Source: Chrysemys picta bellii
Lineage: Eukaryota
Assembly: GCF_011386835.1 (NCBI RefSeq)
Contig: NC_088807.1
Location: 24,552,001-24,616,000, forward strand
Reading direction: 5' to 3'
DNA length: 64,000 bases
The first letter of the stretch is position 1; each line of letters starts with the position of its first letter. Shown here piece by piece: positions 1 through 10,809 of this stretch. A program made the position numbers and the translations under genes. The notes below the pieces were generated by a model, which was not told the origin of the DNA, ran no database searches, and worked only from the letters and a program-made list of their open reading frames with translations.

Positions 1-2445
1 GCCCCATTGACTCCAATGGAGCTACGGCCCATGGACCCCAGCTGGGATCTGGCCCATTGACTCCAATGGAGCTACGGCCCATTGACCCCAGCTGGGATCT
101 GCCCCATTGACTCCAATGGAGCTACGGCCCATGGACCCCAGCTGGGGTCTGCCCCATTGACTCCATTGGAGCTACGGCCCATGGACCCCAGCTGGGGTCT
201 GCCCCATTGACTCCAGTGGAGCTACGGCCCATGGACCCCAGCTGGGATCTGCCCCACTGACTCCAGTGGAGCTACGGCCCATGGACCCCAGCTGGGATCT
301 GCCCCATTGACTCCATTGGAGCTATGGCCCATGGACCGCAGCTGGGATCTGCCCCATTGACTCCAATGGCACTAGGGCCCATGGACCCCAGCTGGGATCT
401 GCCCCATTGACTCCAATGGCACTACGGCCCATGGACCCCAGCTGGGATCTGCCCCATTGTCTCCAGTGGAGCTACGGCCCATGGACCCCAGCTGGGATCT
501 GCCCCATTGACTCCAATGGAGCTATGGCCCATGGACCCCAGCTGGGATCTGCCCCATTGACTCCAATGGAGCTACGGCCCATGGACCCCAGCTGGGATCT
601 GCCCCATTGACTCCAATGGAGCTACGGCCCATGGACCCCAGCTGGGATCTGCCCCATTGACTCCAATGGAGCTATGGCCCATGGACCCCAGCTGGGGTCT
701 GCCCCATTGACTCCAATGGAGCTACGGCCCATGGACCCCAGCTGGGATCTGCCCCATTGACTCCATTGGAGCTACGGCCCATGGACCCCAGCTGGGATCT
801 GCCCCATTGACTCCAATGGAGCTACGGCCCATGGACCCCAGCTGGGATCTGCCCCATTGACTCCAATGGAGCTACGGCCCATGGACCCCAGCTGGGATCT
901 GCCCCATTGACTCCAATGGAGCTATGGCCCATGGACCCCAGCTGGGATCTGCCCCATTGACTCCAATGGAGCTACAGCCCATGGACCCCACCTGGGATCT
1001 GCCCCATTGACTCCAATGGAGCTACGGCCCATGGACCCCAGCTGGGATCTGCCCCATTGACTCCAATGGAGCTACGGCCCATGGACCCCAGCTGGGATCT
1101 GCCCCATTGACTCCAATGGAGCTACAGCCCATGGACCCCACCTGGGATCTGCCCCATTGACTCCAGTGGAGCTACGGCCCATGGACCCCAGCTGGGATCT
1201 GCCCCATTGACTCCAATGGAGCTACAGCCCATGGACCCCAGCTGGGATCTGGCCCCATTGACTTCAATGGAGCTACGGACATTGACCCCAGCTGGGGTCT
1301 GCCCCACTGACTCCAATGGAGCTACGGACATTGACCCCAGCTGGGGTCTGCCCCATTGACTCCAATGGAGCTACGGCCCATGGACCCCAGCTGGGATCTG
1401 CCCCATTGACTCCAATGGAGCTACGGCCCATGGACCCCAGCTGGGATCTGCCCCATTGTCTCCAATGGAGCTATGGCCCATGGACCCCAGCTGGGATCTG
1501 CCCCACTGACTCCAATGGAGCTACGGACATTGACCCCAGCTGGGGTCTGCCCCATTGACTCCAATGGAGCTACGGCCCATGGACCCCAGCTGGGATCTGC
1601 CCCATTGACTCCAATGGAGCTACGGCCCATGGACCCCAGCTGGGATCTGCCCCATTGACTCCAATGGAGCTACGGACATTGACCCCAGCTGGGATCTGCC
1701 CTATTGACTCCAATGGAGCTACGGCCCATGGACCCCAGCTGGGATCTGGCCCCGTTGACTCCAATGGAGCTACGGCCCATGGACCCCAGCTGGGATCTTC
1801 CCCATTGACTCCAATGGAGCTATGGCCCATGGACCCCAGCTGGGATCTGCCCCATTGTCTCCAATGGAGCTACGGCCCATTGACCCCAGCTGGGATCTGC
1901 CCCATTGACTCCAATGGAGCTACGGCCCATTGACCCCAGCTGGGATCTGCCCCATTGACTCCAATGGAGCTACGGCCCATGGACCCCAGCTGGGATCTGC
2001 CCCATTGACTCCAATGGAGCTACGGCCCATGGACCCCAGCTGGGATCTGCCCCATTGTCTCCAATGGAGCTACGGCCCATGGACCCCAGCTGGGATCTGC
2101 CCCATTGACTCCATTGGAGCTACGGCCCATTGACCCCAGCTGGGATCTGCCCCATTGACTCCAATGGAGCTACGGCCCATTGACCCCAGCTGGGATCTGC
2201 CCCATTGACTCCAATGGAGCTACGGCCCATGGACCCCAGCTGGGATCTGCCCCATTGACTCCAATGGAGCTACGGCCCATGGACCCCACCTGGGATCTGC
2301 CCCATTGTCTCCAGTGGAGCTACGGCCCATGGACCCCAGCTGGGATCTGCCCCATTGACTCCAATGGAGCTACGGCCCATGGACCCCAGCTGGGATCTGC
2401 CCCATTGACTCCAATGGAGCTACGGCCCATGGACCCCAGCTGGGA
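1..2445. repeat. 50-bp tandem satellite (~49 units, runs off window start)
   Basis: Unit GCCCCATTGACTCCAATGGAGCTACGGCCCATGGACCCCAGCTGGGATCT repeated head to tail with scattered point and 1-bp indel variants. Confidence 0.97.
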
Positions 2446-3320
2446 GCTGGCACTTTCTTTGTTCTCCTGCTGGTCTCTGCTCGGAGTCCCTTGGGGTCGC
2501 CTGTGTGTGAATAAATCTCCTTGTGAGATCCTGGTTTTGCTGATTCTGTGCTGGAGTCATTCCTGAGCCGTGCTGTTCCTCAGCGCCCGACTCTCCTCCC
2601 ATCTCCTGCCCCCGCGGAGAGGGATGTCGCTGCTGCTGCCGGTAGAGGGGTGCAGGCTGGGAGGGGGTGACAGGCACGGCAGGGGCCGAGAGAAACCAGG
2701 TTTGGGGAGAGGTGGAATCGGATCCCCTGTTCTGGGGGGCTTAGCTCCTCGGTGCCTGACGTGCGAGGGGCTGGGGACAGAGCCTGGAGCTGTGTGGTTG
2801 TGTGATTGTGTGTTTTGTGTTGTGCTATGAATGGGCAGTTGTGTGCCCGGTGCAGCCGGCTGACAACATTCAGGTGGGGTCAGTTCCCCCCGAGAAAACA
2901 GACTTTCATCCACGTTCCGTAATGACAGGAACCTTCATTCCGAGAAGGTTAAAAACGTCCTTTCGAGCCCCGCGCGGCTTTTCTCTTGCCTAAAGCGTTT
3001 CTTTTCCTGTTATCCCAGCCCCATAGCTCTGCTACGCTCCTCAGATCACATCCAACAGCCCGTCTTTCCCGGCGACTGGGAACGAGTGGATTTGTGCCCG
3101 TACCCGTTGATTTCGCGCCAAACAAAGATTTCCAGCGGTAATCATGGGAACGCGCAGGCCGGGCAAGTGAGAAAAACGCGGCTGGCGGACTAAGATTCGA
3201 TCGACGGATACTTTCTTTGCGTCTTTTGAAAGGTGAGGTGAACCGTTTGGGCTTTCGGGGTTCCTATGCCTGTAACGGGCCGAACGTCAGCATCGCTTGT
3301 CGTGAACTTGTTCTGTTTCT

Positions 3321-3497
3321 TTGTGCCACCGTAGAGACTAACAAATTTATTTAGGCATAAGCATTCGTGGGCTGGAGCCCACTTCACCGGCTTTAGCCCA
3401 CGAAAGCTTATGCCCAAATAAATTTGCTAGTCTCTAAGGTGCCACAAGGACTCCTCGGGTTTTTTGCTGATACAGACTAGCACGGCCACCACTGAAA
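3321..3497. mobile_element. Penelope-like element terminal remnant with inverted termini (53-bp arms, 21-nt spacer)
   Basis: 3321-3373 is the reverse complement of 3395-3447 (5 mismatches). Arms carry CCCACGAAAGCTTATGC...TAGTCTCTAAGGTGCCACA, the same 3' end seen at 7661-7710 and 55722-55771. Confidence 0.8.
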
Positions 3498-4202
3498 CCT
3501 GAGTTCTGTTTCTGACGCCCCTGCTGGTCTAGCCCCCTCCAATTTCCCGCATTTAAATGGCTCGAATTGGAAAGGAAACCCTTAAAACCACGGCGCGACG
3601 TTAGCCGTCGCAATCATAGAGAAATAACCAAATTGTGCCCGGCCGTTCGGTTGTGCTTTGAGGTTAGCGAAACGAAACGTCTTTCCACAATCGAGGCAAA
3701 AAGACGCCACCGTTTTTCCGAATTTTTCTTCTCATGGGGGACGGGGGAGGGGGGGAACCTTTTACAAACTGTCGGGGGTTGCCCCCGAATGGAAATTGGG
3801 TTTTCTGAAATGCTCTGGCGTGGGGGCGGTGTTTGGACGTGTGCGTGTGTGTTGTTTGTAGGCTGTGCCTGTGTCTGTGTTTGGGGAGGCGGGTGTGGTG
3901 TTGGTGCGTTGGATCCCAGGGGTCCCTCGCGGTCCCGTGAACCCCACTTCCCAGGGCTCCATCCCATGTTCTCTGTAACCCCCCAGCCCTGGCAGAAAAG
4001 GGAAAAGGCCCCTGTGGGGAATGGGACCAGCGCTCAGAGCCCAGTACATCCCCCCAGTAGGCTCTTTGGGGGCGAGGGACGTGTGATCTCAGCTATGTGA
4101 CAAAGGCACCAAGAGCTTGGAACGAGGCAGAACCAGGGAGAGAACCCAGGAGTCCTGGCTCCCAGCCCCCTGCTCTAACCACTAGACCCCACACGCCTCA
4201 CC

Positions 4203-4438
4203 TTGGAGCTGCTGGTCTAGTGCTCGGTGCCCTCCACCCGGGCTGTGACCGGTGCCCCCTTGGCAAACCCCTGCCCCGGCGGCTTGAACGGCTTCAGGTC
4301 GTAGCCCATCAAGAACGGGTAGAGCGGGACGGACAGCCGGCTCAGGGTGGATGGACCCATGGACACACACACACTCACACAGCAGAGAGCCCCCTCCTCA
4401 GTGACCGACAATCCCACACCAGCGCTTGGCTGGGAGGC
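4203..4438 (-). other. Candidate spliced exon containing a 47-codon GC3-rich ORF (4360->4217); product unknown
   Basis: Minus-strand acceptor CTGTCTGTCCAG| at 4439-4450, donor CAAG|GTGAGG at 4202; 42 of 47 codons end in G/C; no protein family recognised. Confidence 0.35.
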
Positions 4439-4720
4439 CTGGACAGACAGACTCCGGGTCGGGAGGGACAGACAACCAGGCGTCCCTCTCCCCCGACACC
4501 GGGCCTAGGAACCAGGAGCAGCAATGTAGGCCGGTGTCAGGACACCTGGGATCCTGGGGAGGGTCCTGACACCCAGCCTCCCCCCACCCTTGCTCCAACC
4601 CGCCAGAGCTGGGAAGAGAACCCAGGAGTCCTGGCCCCCAGCACCCCCCACTCCCCCAGACACAGTCCAAACACCTTTTCCAGAACTGGAATCAGAATCC
4701 TAGAGTATGATTGTGTGTGA

Positions 4721-5277
4721 GGGCTGGGAGCCAGGACACCTGGGTTCTCTCCCTGGCTCTGGGAGGGGAGTGGGGTCTGGTGGTTAGAGCAGGGGGGGCT
4801 GGGAGCCAGGACGCCTGGGTTCTCTCCCTGGCTATGGGAGGGGAGTAGGGTCTGGTGGTTAGAGCAGGGGGGGCTGGGAGCCAGGACGCCTGGGTTCTCT
4901 CCCCGGCTCTGGGAGGGGAGTGGGGTCTGGTGGTTAGAGCAGGGGGGGCTGGGAGCCAGGACGCCTGGGTTCTCTCCCTGGCTCTGGGAGGGGAGTGGGG
5001 TCTGGTGGTTAGAGCAGGGGGCTGGGGGCCAGGACTCCTGGGTTCTCTCCCTGGCTCTGGGAGGGGAGTGGGGTCTGGTGGGTTAGATGTGGGGGAGCTG
5101 GGAGCCAGGACTCCTGGGTTCTCTCCCTGGCTCTGGGAGGGGAGTGGGGTCTGGTGGTTAGAGCAGGGGGCTGGGGGCCAGGACTCCTGGGTTCTCTCCC
5201 TGGCTCTGGGAGGGGAGTGGGGTCTGGTGGTTAGAGCAAGGTGGACTGGGAGCCAGGACTCCTGGGTTCTACTCCCC
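4721..5277 (+). repeat. ~75-bp tandem array derived from a tRNA-related SINE head (~7 units)
   Basis: Unit GGGCTGGGAGCCAGGACTCCTGGGTTCTCTCCCTGGCTCTGGGAGGGGAGTGGGGTCTGGTGGTTAGAGCAGGGG with A-box-like TGGTTAGAGC and B-box-like GGTTCTCTCCC. Confidence 0.8.
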
Positions 5278-5317
5278 AGTCTTTGACCCGGGCTCCCTGC
5301 CTTCTCCCCACAGCCCC

Positions 5318-6367
5318 ATGGGTTGTGAGAACGGCAGCGAAATCTCCGAGTTCATTCTGCTGGGCCTGTCGTCCCGCCCAGGCCCTCAGCCCTTCCTCGT
5401 TCTCCTCTTCCTCCCGCTCTACGTGGCCGGCGTTCTGGGCAACTCCCTGATGGTGGCTGTGATCACGGTGGACCCCCGGCTCCACAGCCCCATGTACTCC
5501 CTCCTCCGCAGCCTCTCGCTGGTGGACGTGGGCCTGCTCTCGGTCACCGTCCCCCAGGCGCTGGCCCACGCCCTCTCTGGCCACCGGGCCGTGCCCTTCC
5601 ACGCCTGCCTGGCCCAGTTCTTTTTCTTCTACGTCTTCGGCGTCTCCGACACGTTGCTCTTGGCCGCCATGGCCCTGGACCGCTACGTGGCCATCTGCGA
5701 CCCGCTGCGCTACCCGGCCGTGATGAGCCCCCGGGTCTGCCGGCGCCTGGTGGCCTCCTGCCTCGGCCTGGCCGTCCTCCACTCTGCCTTCCACGCCGGG
5801 CTGCTGCTGAGACTCACCTACCGGGGCGGGAACCGGCTGCCCCACTTCTTCTGCGACCACCAGCCCCTGCTACGTCTGTCCTGCTCCCCGACGCGGGTCA
5901 ACGAGGCGGCCATCTTCTTCGAGGGCGGCCTGGTCATCCTGGGGCCCTTTCTCTTCATTGCGGCCAGCTACGCCCGCATCGGCTGGGCCGTGCTCCAGCG
6001 GCCGGCCTCGGAGAGGCGCCGGGCCCTCTCCACCTGCGGCTCCCACCTCACCATGGTGGCTTTGTTCTACGGGGCCATCGTCGGGGTCTACTTCCAGCCC
6101 GGGGCCAGCTACTCGGCCCCCCGGGGGGCTGTCTTCTCCGTCATGTACACCATTGTCACCCCGGCCGCCAACCCCTTCGTCTACAGCCTGCGCAACAAGG
6201 ACGTCCAGGGGGCTCTGCGGAGACTCATGGGGAGGGGTCGGTTTCTCCCAGAAGGCATGAGCCTTGGGGCCCTGGGGAAGGGGACTGGCTGGCTTAGGGG
6301 GGCGGGGAATGGGGCACGGGGCCTGTCCCCTCAAAGAGGTGTCAACTCCCATCCAGCCACAGCATGA
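5318..6367 (+). CDS. Olfactory receptor, class II, OR1-like (349 aa, extended C-tail)
   Basis: N-glycosylation NGS, GN, LHSPMY, MALDRYVAICDPLRY, HFFCD, SY, ALSTCGSHL, NPFVYSLRN; splice acceptor CCCCACAG at 5306-5313 just upstream of ATG. Confidence 0.95.
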   Translation: MGCENGSEISEFILLGLSSRPGPQPFLVLLFLPLYVAGVLGNSLMVAVITVDPRLHSPMYSLLRSLSLVDVGLLSVTVPQALAHALSGHRAVPFHACLAQFFFFYVFGVSDTLLLAAMALDRYVAICDPLRYPAVMSPRVCRRLVASCLGLAVLHSAFHAGLLLRLTYRGGNRLPHFFCDHQPLLRLSCSPTRVNEAAIFFEGGLVILGPFLFIAASYARIGWAVLQRPASERRRALSTCGSHLTMVALFYGAIVGVYFQPGASYSAPRGAVFSVMYTIVTPAANPFVYSLRNKDVQGALRRLMGRGRFLPEGMSLGALGKGTGWLRGAGNGARGLSPQRGVNSHPATA

Positions 6368-6580
6368 TGGACAGGCTGGCTCAGGGGGGCAGGGAATGGG
6401 GCAAGGGGCCTCTCCCCTCTAGGGGGAGCCAGCTCCCACCCAGCCCAAGGGCAGGGACTGGCTGGCTCAGGGGGGCAGTGAATGGGGCAGGGGGCCTTTC
6501 CCCTCTAGGGGGCGCTAGTTCCCATCCAGCCCCAGGGCAGGGGTCTGACTGGCTCAGGCGGGTGGGGAACAGGGCCTTTC
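6280..6580 (+). repeat. ~86-bp GC-rich tandem repeat overlapping the OR 3' end
   Basis: Recurrent GGCTGGCTCAGGGGGC.GGGAATGGGGCA.GGGGCCT.TCCCCTCTAGGGGG units; one unit fewer in the paralog at 46770-46980. Confidence 0.7.
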
Positions 6581-7426
6581 CTGTCTGTCCATGATGAAAA
6601 TACAGACCTTTAAAGCCTTTGGCCTGATCCAGGCTACATCGTCCCTGTGACGCTGGCAGGCCAGGGGCGTTTGGCATTGGGACTTTATGGCGCGGCCGCA
6701 GGACGCCGTGTATTACCGGCATGTATTACCATGGTGCAGTGCCTGCTCTGTGACTATAGAAATGTTTGCTAAGACTGGGAACCCCCTGGTCAGGGGAGAT
6801 GCGTCACCCAGGGTGAAACGCTCGGGGTCCTCCCCAGCCCAGCAAACATCGGGCGCTAGATATCGGTGGACGTGAGCTCCCCTCATAGGCCTGGGATCCC
6901 CAGCTGGTTAGCCCTACAGACCGCAGAAAACTCACGTATTATAGCCCCTTTGGGCTGTCTCTGCATGGAATAGGACGCTGCATGGAACGGGGTGACCCGT
7001 TTATAATATTATTGAGACCAACCTTACAAAATTGCAACGAATCTTACCAGATAGGCCATGTGAGGTATCAGCGGGGAAGGTAGGATTGGCTAACTATGAT
7101 AATCACGGCTCTCTGTAGGTAGCATTAGTGTATGATGAGTTATAAATACGTGTGGTAGATTTGTACATCCAACTTGTGCTGTGTTTCTGGCGATTGGCAC
7201 CGGCACGAGCCAGCCTGCTTGATGGCCCATCAAAGGCCATCAGCAGGACATGTAGGGCCAGGCCGGTGGACAGAGACCTCTCAGGCTTTTCCATGCCATG
7301 TGCTGTGAAGCTTGTGTTTGGGACACGGGATGTAGACGCCACATGTCAAAGGATATAAAAAGGCAGCTGCATCTTCTCCATTTTGTCTTCAGTCCTGCTC
7401 CTCCCCTCTGGAGTCACTTCTCTACA

Positions 7427-7764
7427 CATTGAATCTATTTCCCCGTGTTAAATATCTTCACACCTCTTGGCAACTGGCTGAAATGGGCCATCTTGATTCT
7501 CACGACAAAAGGTTTTTTTTCTCCTGCTGTTAATAGCGCATCTTAATTAATTAGCCTCTTAGAGTTGGTCGGGCAACTTCCACCTTTTCATGTTCTCTAT
7601 GTATATATAGATCTCCTCACTAGATGTTCCATTCTATGCATCCGAAGAAGTGGGCTGTAGCCCACGAAAGCTTATGCTCAAATACACGTGTTAGTCTCTA
7701 AGGTGCCACAAGTCCTCCTGTTCTTTTTGCGGATACAGACTAACACGGCTGCTACTCTGAAACG
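7427..7764 (+). mobile_element. Penelope-like element 3' fragment (non-coding terminus)
   Basis: Flanked by 8-bp direct repeat TCTCTACA (7419-7426 / 7765-7772); contains hammerhead motif and GGTGCCACAAG...ACAGACTAACACGGCTGCTACTCTGAAAC tail. Confidence 0.8.
7638..7677 (+). ncRNA. Minimal type I hammerhead ribozyme (U4C core variant)
   Basis: GCA-T-CCGAAGA-A-GTGGGC(TGTA)GCCCAC-GAAA-GCT-TA-TGC: perfect 6-bp stem II, GAAA core, palindromic AAGCTT stem III; core reads CCGAAGA instead of CUGANGA. Confidence 0.75.
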
Positions 7765-7892
7765 TCTCTACAAACTGAAGCTCTGAACAAAGGACTGACT
7801 GACCCATCCACGTGGTGGGTGTGTTCCAGAGGGACTTTACAATCCAGCAAACTCACCAATGCTGCTTAGAACCTGATATATAGACTTTGACG

Positions 7893-8490
7893 TCATAGAC
7901 TCATAGACTTTAAGGTCAGAAGGGACCATTATGATCATCTAGTCTGACCTCCTGCACGACGCAGGCCACAGAATCTCACCCACCCACTCCCAGAACAAAC
8001 CCCTGACCTATGTCTGAGCTATTGAAATCCTCAAATTGTAGTTTAAAGACTTCAAGGTGCAGAGAATCCTCCAGCAAGTGACCCGTGCCCCATGCTGCAG
8101 AGGAAGCCGGAAAAAAAACCCTGCCAATCTGCCCTGGAGGAAAATTCCTTCCCGACCCAAAATCTGGCGATCAGATAAACCCTGAGCATGTGGGCAAGAC
8201 TCACCAGCCAGACACCCAGGAAAGAATTCTCTGTAGTAACTCAGATCCCACCCCAGCTAACATCCCATCACAGACCATTGGGCATATTTACCGCTAATAG
8301 TCAAAGATCAATGAATTGCCAAAATGAGGCTATTCCATCACACCATCCCCTCCATAAACTTATCAAGCTTAGTCTTGAAGCCAGATATGTCTTTTGCCCC
8401 CACTGCTCCCCTTGGAAGGTTGTTCCAGAACTTCACTCCTCTGAAACCTTCGTCTAATTTCAAGTCTAAACTTCCTGATGGCCAGTTTAT
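7893..8490 (-). mobile_element. CR1 LINE 3' fragment
   Basis: (AGTCTATG)n-type tail on minus strand; ORF 8338-8535 ends FWNNLPRGAVGAKDISGFKTKLDKFMEG, typical of the CR1 ORF2 C-terminus. Confidence 0.9.
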
Positions 8491-8939
8491 ATCCATTTGT
8501 CTTTGTATGTATGTGAGTGCTTTACCATGTAACAACTCTCTTCTCGTTCTTCCTTTCTGTTATAATAAACCTTTCATTTTAGATACTAAAGGACTGGCCG
8601 GCAGCGTGGTATTTTGGGTCAGATCCAACCTAATATTGACCTGGTAACGTGGCCGGCCCTTTGGGGTCAGAAGAACATTTCATTTAGTGAGCAGAGTTTT
8701 TAAATAACTTCTCACTGTACTGGCCCCAGGTGCTGATTGGGAGCCAGTTTGTGACTGGTTGGTGAGTCTAACTTCAGTATTACCCACCAGTCTGGGGAGT
8801 GTCCTTGGCATTTTCAGGGAGGGCTACCCTAGGCACCAACAGCTCACAGCATGTCTTTCACGGTGCAAATAATTCCCTCGTTTCTCTCTCCTGGTGAATA
8901 AATCTTTAGTTCATTACAGGATTGGCAGCAAGTGCCGTC

Positions 8940-9478
8940 TTTGCCATCCACCCCCTCTATCTATCCCCACACACCCATCTATCTCTCTGTTTACCCATCC
9001 CCATACCCTTATCTATCATCTATCTATCTATCTATCCATCCCCATCCACCCCCTCTATCTATCCCCATCCACCCCATCTATCTATCCCCATCCACACACC
9101 CCTCTCTCTATCTATCCCCATCCACCCCCTCTATCTATCTATCTATCCTCACCCACCCCCTCTATCTATCTATCCCCATCCACCCCGTATCTATCTCCAT
9201 CCACCCCCTCTATCTATCCCCATCCACACACCCCTCTCTCTATCTATCCCCATCCACCCCCTCTATCTATCCCAATCCACCCCCCTTCTCTCTCTCTATC
9301 CCCAGCCACCCCCTCTCTCTATCTATCCCCATCCACCCCCTCTATCTATCCCCATCCACCCCCTTCTCTCTCTCTATCCCCAGCCACCCCTTCTCTCTCC
9401 CTATCCCCATCCACCCCCTCTATCTATCTATCTATCCCCATCCACACACCCTTCTCTCTCTCTCTATCCCATACACCC
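8940..9478. repeat. Compound ATCT/ATCC/CT low-complexity repeat
   Basis: CTATCTATCCCCATCCACCCCCT-type units. Confidence 0.9.
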
Positions 9479-10631
9479 TGTGACATACCCCTGGGGTATA
9501 ACCTAGCCTGCGGGACCGCTGAGTCCTCTTAAACTCTCCAGCCTGGCCTGTCTCTCCTGACGCCAGACCACTGACCAGCTACGAGCCTCTCCAGGTGCTG
9601 TGATCACTCAGCCATCAACACACAGGGACACCCCCAGCTGAGTTGCAGGAATGCTCTCTCAGCCACTCATGAATTATACACAGGGAGACCCCAGCCAATT
9701 TCCCCAGACCACCCGCCTTGCGCCCCGGAGGTGTCCCCTCGTACGCCGCTCAGGACCTTCCCTTGACCAGTGCAAGCTCATTCATTCGTTCACCCCCTCG
9801 TCAAAGGGAAGTGGACGCACACCCGCCTTTGTAATTGGAGTAGATTCCCCAACCACTTGCGACAAACTCACTGGGCAGGATAAACGGTTACACTGAGTTT
9901 ATTAACTGCAGACAGCTCGATGGTCAGCGATTATAAGTGGTGGGCACAGAGGTCAAAGTTGGTTACCTAGGAAATAAAAATAGAGTCGCAGGCTAAATGT
10001 GAAACTTTATCAGACGAAGCAAGATTGGAATCAGACGGCTTTTCTCCCCCGCCCCGGCTGGACGTTCCAGGCAGCTCCCGGTTCTCAATATACAGGCTGG
10101 ATTCCCTTCCAGCCTGGGACCAATCTCCTCAGTTCAAAGTCTTCGTCGCCCGAGCGATCGTCCAGGTGATGCGGGAGGGGAGAGGCCCAGTGGTGACGTT
10201 ATGGACCCTCGTTGATACTTTCTCTCCAGGTGCTGGAAAGCCCCTGGCTGTGACGTGGGGGTCAGGCCTTCCCATGGGGTACGTGCCCCCTCTAAGCAGT
10301 CTCCAGGAGAGTGGATTCTTCTTGATGGGCCCTCAACGCCTGTCCAGCCAATCGAGAGGTAAATCCGTCTTGTCCGTGTGCTGCTCCTTTCGTGCCACTG
10401 AAAGGCCAGCTGTGGGCGTTCCCACTGGCCACGTATTTCAGTGACAAACACGCAGCAATATCTCCTCGCTCCCCATCCAACGAGACCACGCACCAGCCAA
10501 CAGGGCAGCAACGTTCAGCCGACCGTGTAATCTCAAACAATACCTCCCAAGGCATGCGTTGCCCCAAACCCATCACAACCACATCACCGGGGTGAATATG
10601 GGGGTGCTATTTTGAGGTACCGAGTGTCACA
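9479..10631 (-). mobile_element. Solo LTR (~1.15 kb)
   Basis: Inverted termini TGTGACA / TGTCACA; minus-strand AATAAA near 9898-9903; no coding potential; TSD not convincing (CACCC/GGCCC). Confidence 0.7.
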
Positions 10632-10809
10632 GGCCCTGTTCTGCAATTTTTCCCCATCCTCTTTTTAAAGGCGCACCCCAAAACTGGGCTCCAGCTACAG
10701 TCGCACCAGGGCCAAACACACACGGAAAATCACCTCTCTGCTCCAACTCCAGGTTCCCCTGGTAGAGGTGCCTGATTGGCCACAGTGCAGGTGACAACTG
10801 GTGGTTCTG

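Larger units (their letters stand above)
6646..8848 (+). mobile_element. Solo LTR carrying nested Penelope-like and CR1 insertions
   Basis: TGTGAC...CTCACA termini, TATA-like GGATATAAAA (7351), AATAAA (8564); LTR sequence resumes after each insert; boundaries approximate, no clear TSD. Confidence 0.6.

Noticed and set aside
1-2445. CRISPR-like regular palindromic repeat
   Set aside because: No unique spacers, no cas genes, eukaryotic context
407-2677. Many short ORFs in the 50-bp satellite (also 41959-43309)
   Set aside because: Translations of a repeat whose unit is not a multiple of 3; no domain content
3376-3415. Functional hammerhead ribozymes in the 3.3 kb and 44.1 kb palindromes
   Set aside because: Both halves lack the CUGANGA core and one has GAAA changed to GAAT
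4721-5277. tRNA genes
   Set aside because: Only A/B-box-like remnants; no acceptor stem or cloverleaf; tandem SINE-derived unit
5231-5860. Long antisense or alternate-frame ORFs over ORs (also 16683-17828, 37186-38211, 45719-46348)
   Set aside because: Shadows of very high GC3 in the OR frame
8894-9532. Pro/Ser/Tyr/His-rich ORFs (also 17686-18882, 36035-37225, 49294-49807, 56992-57885)
   Set aside because: Translations of ATCC/ATCT simple repeats
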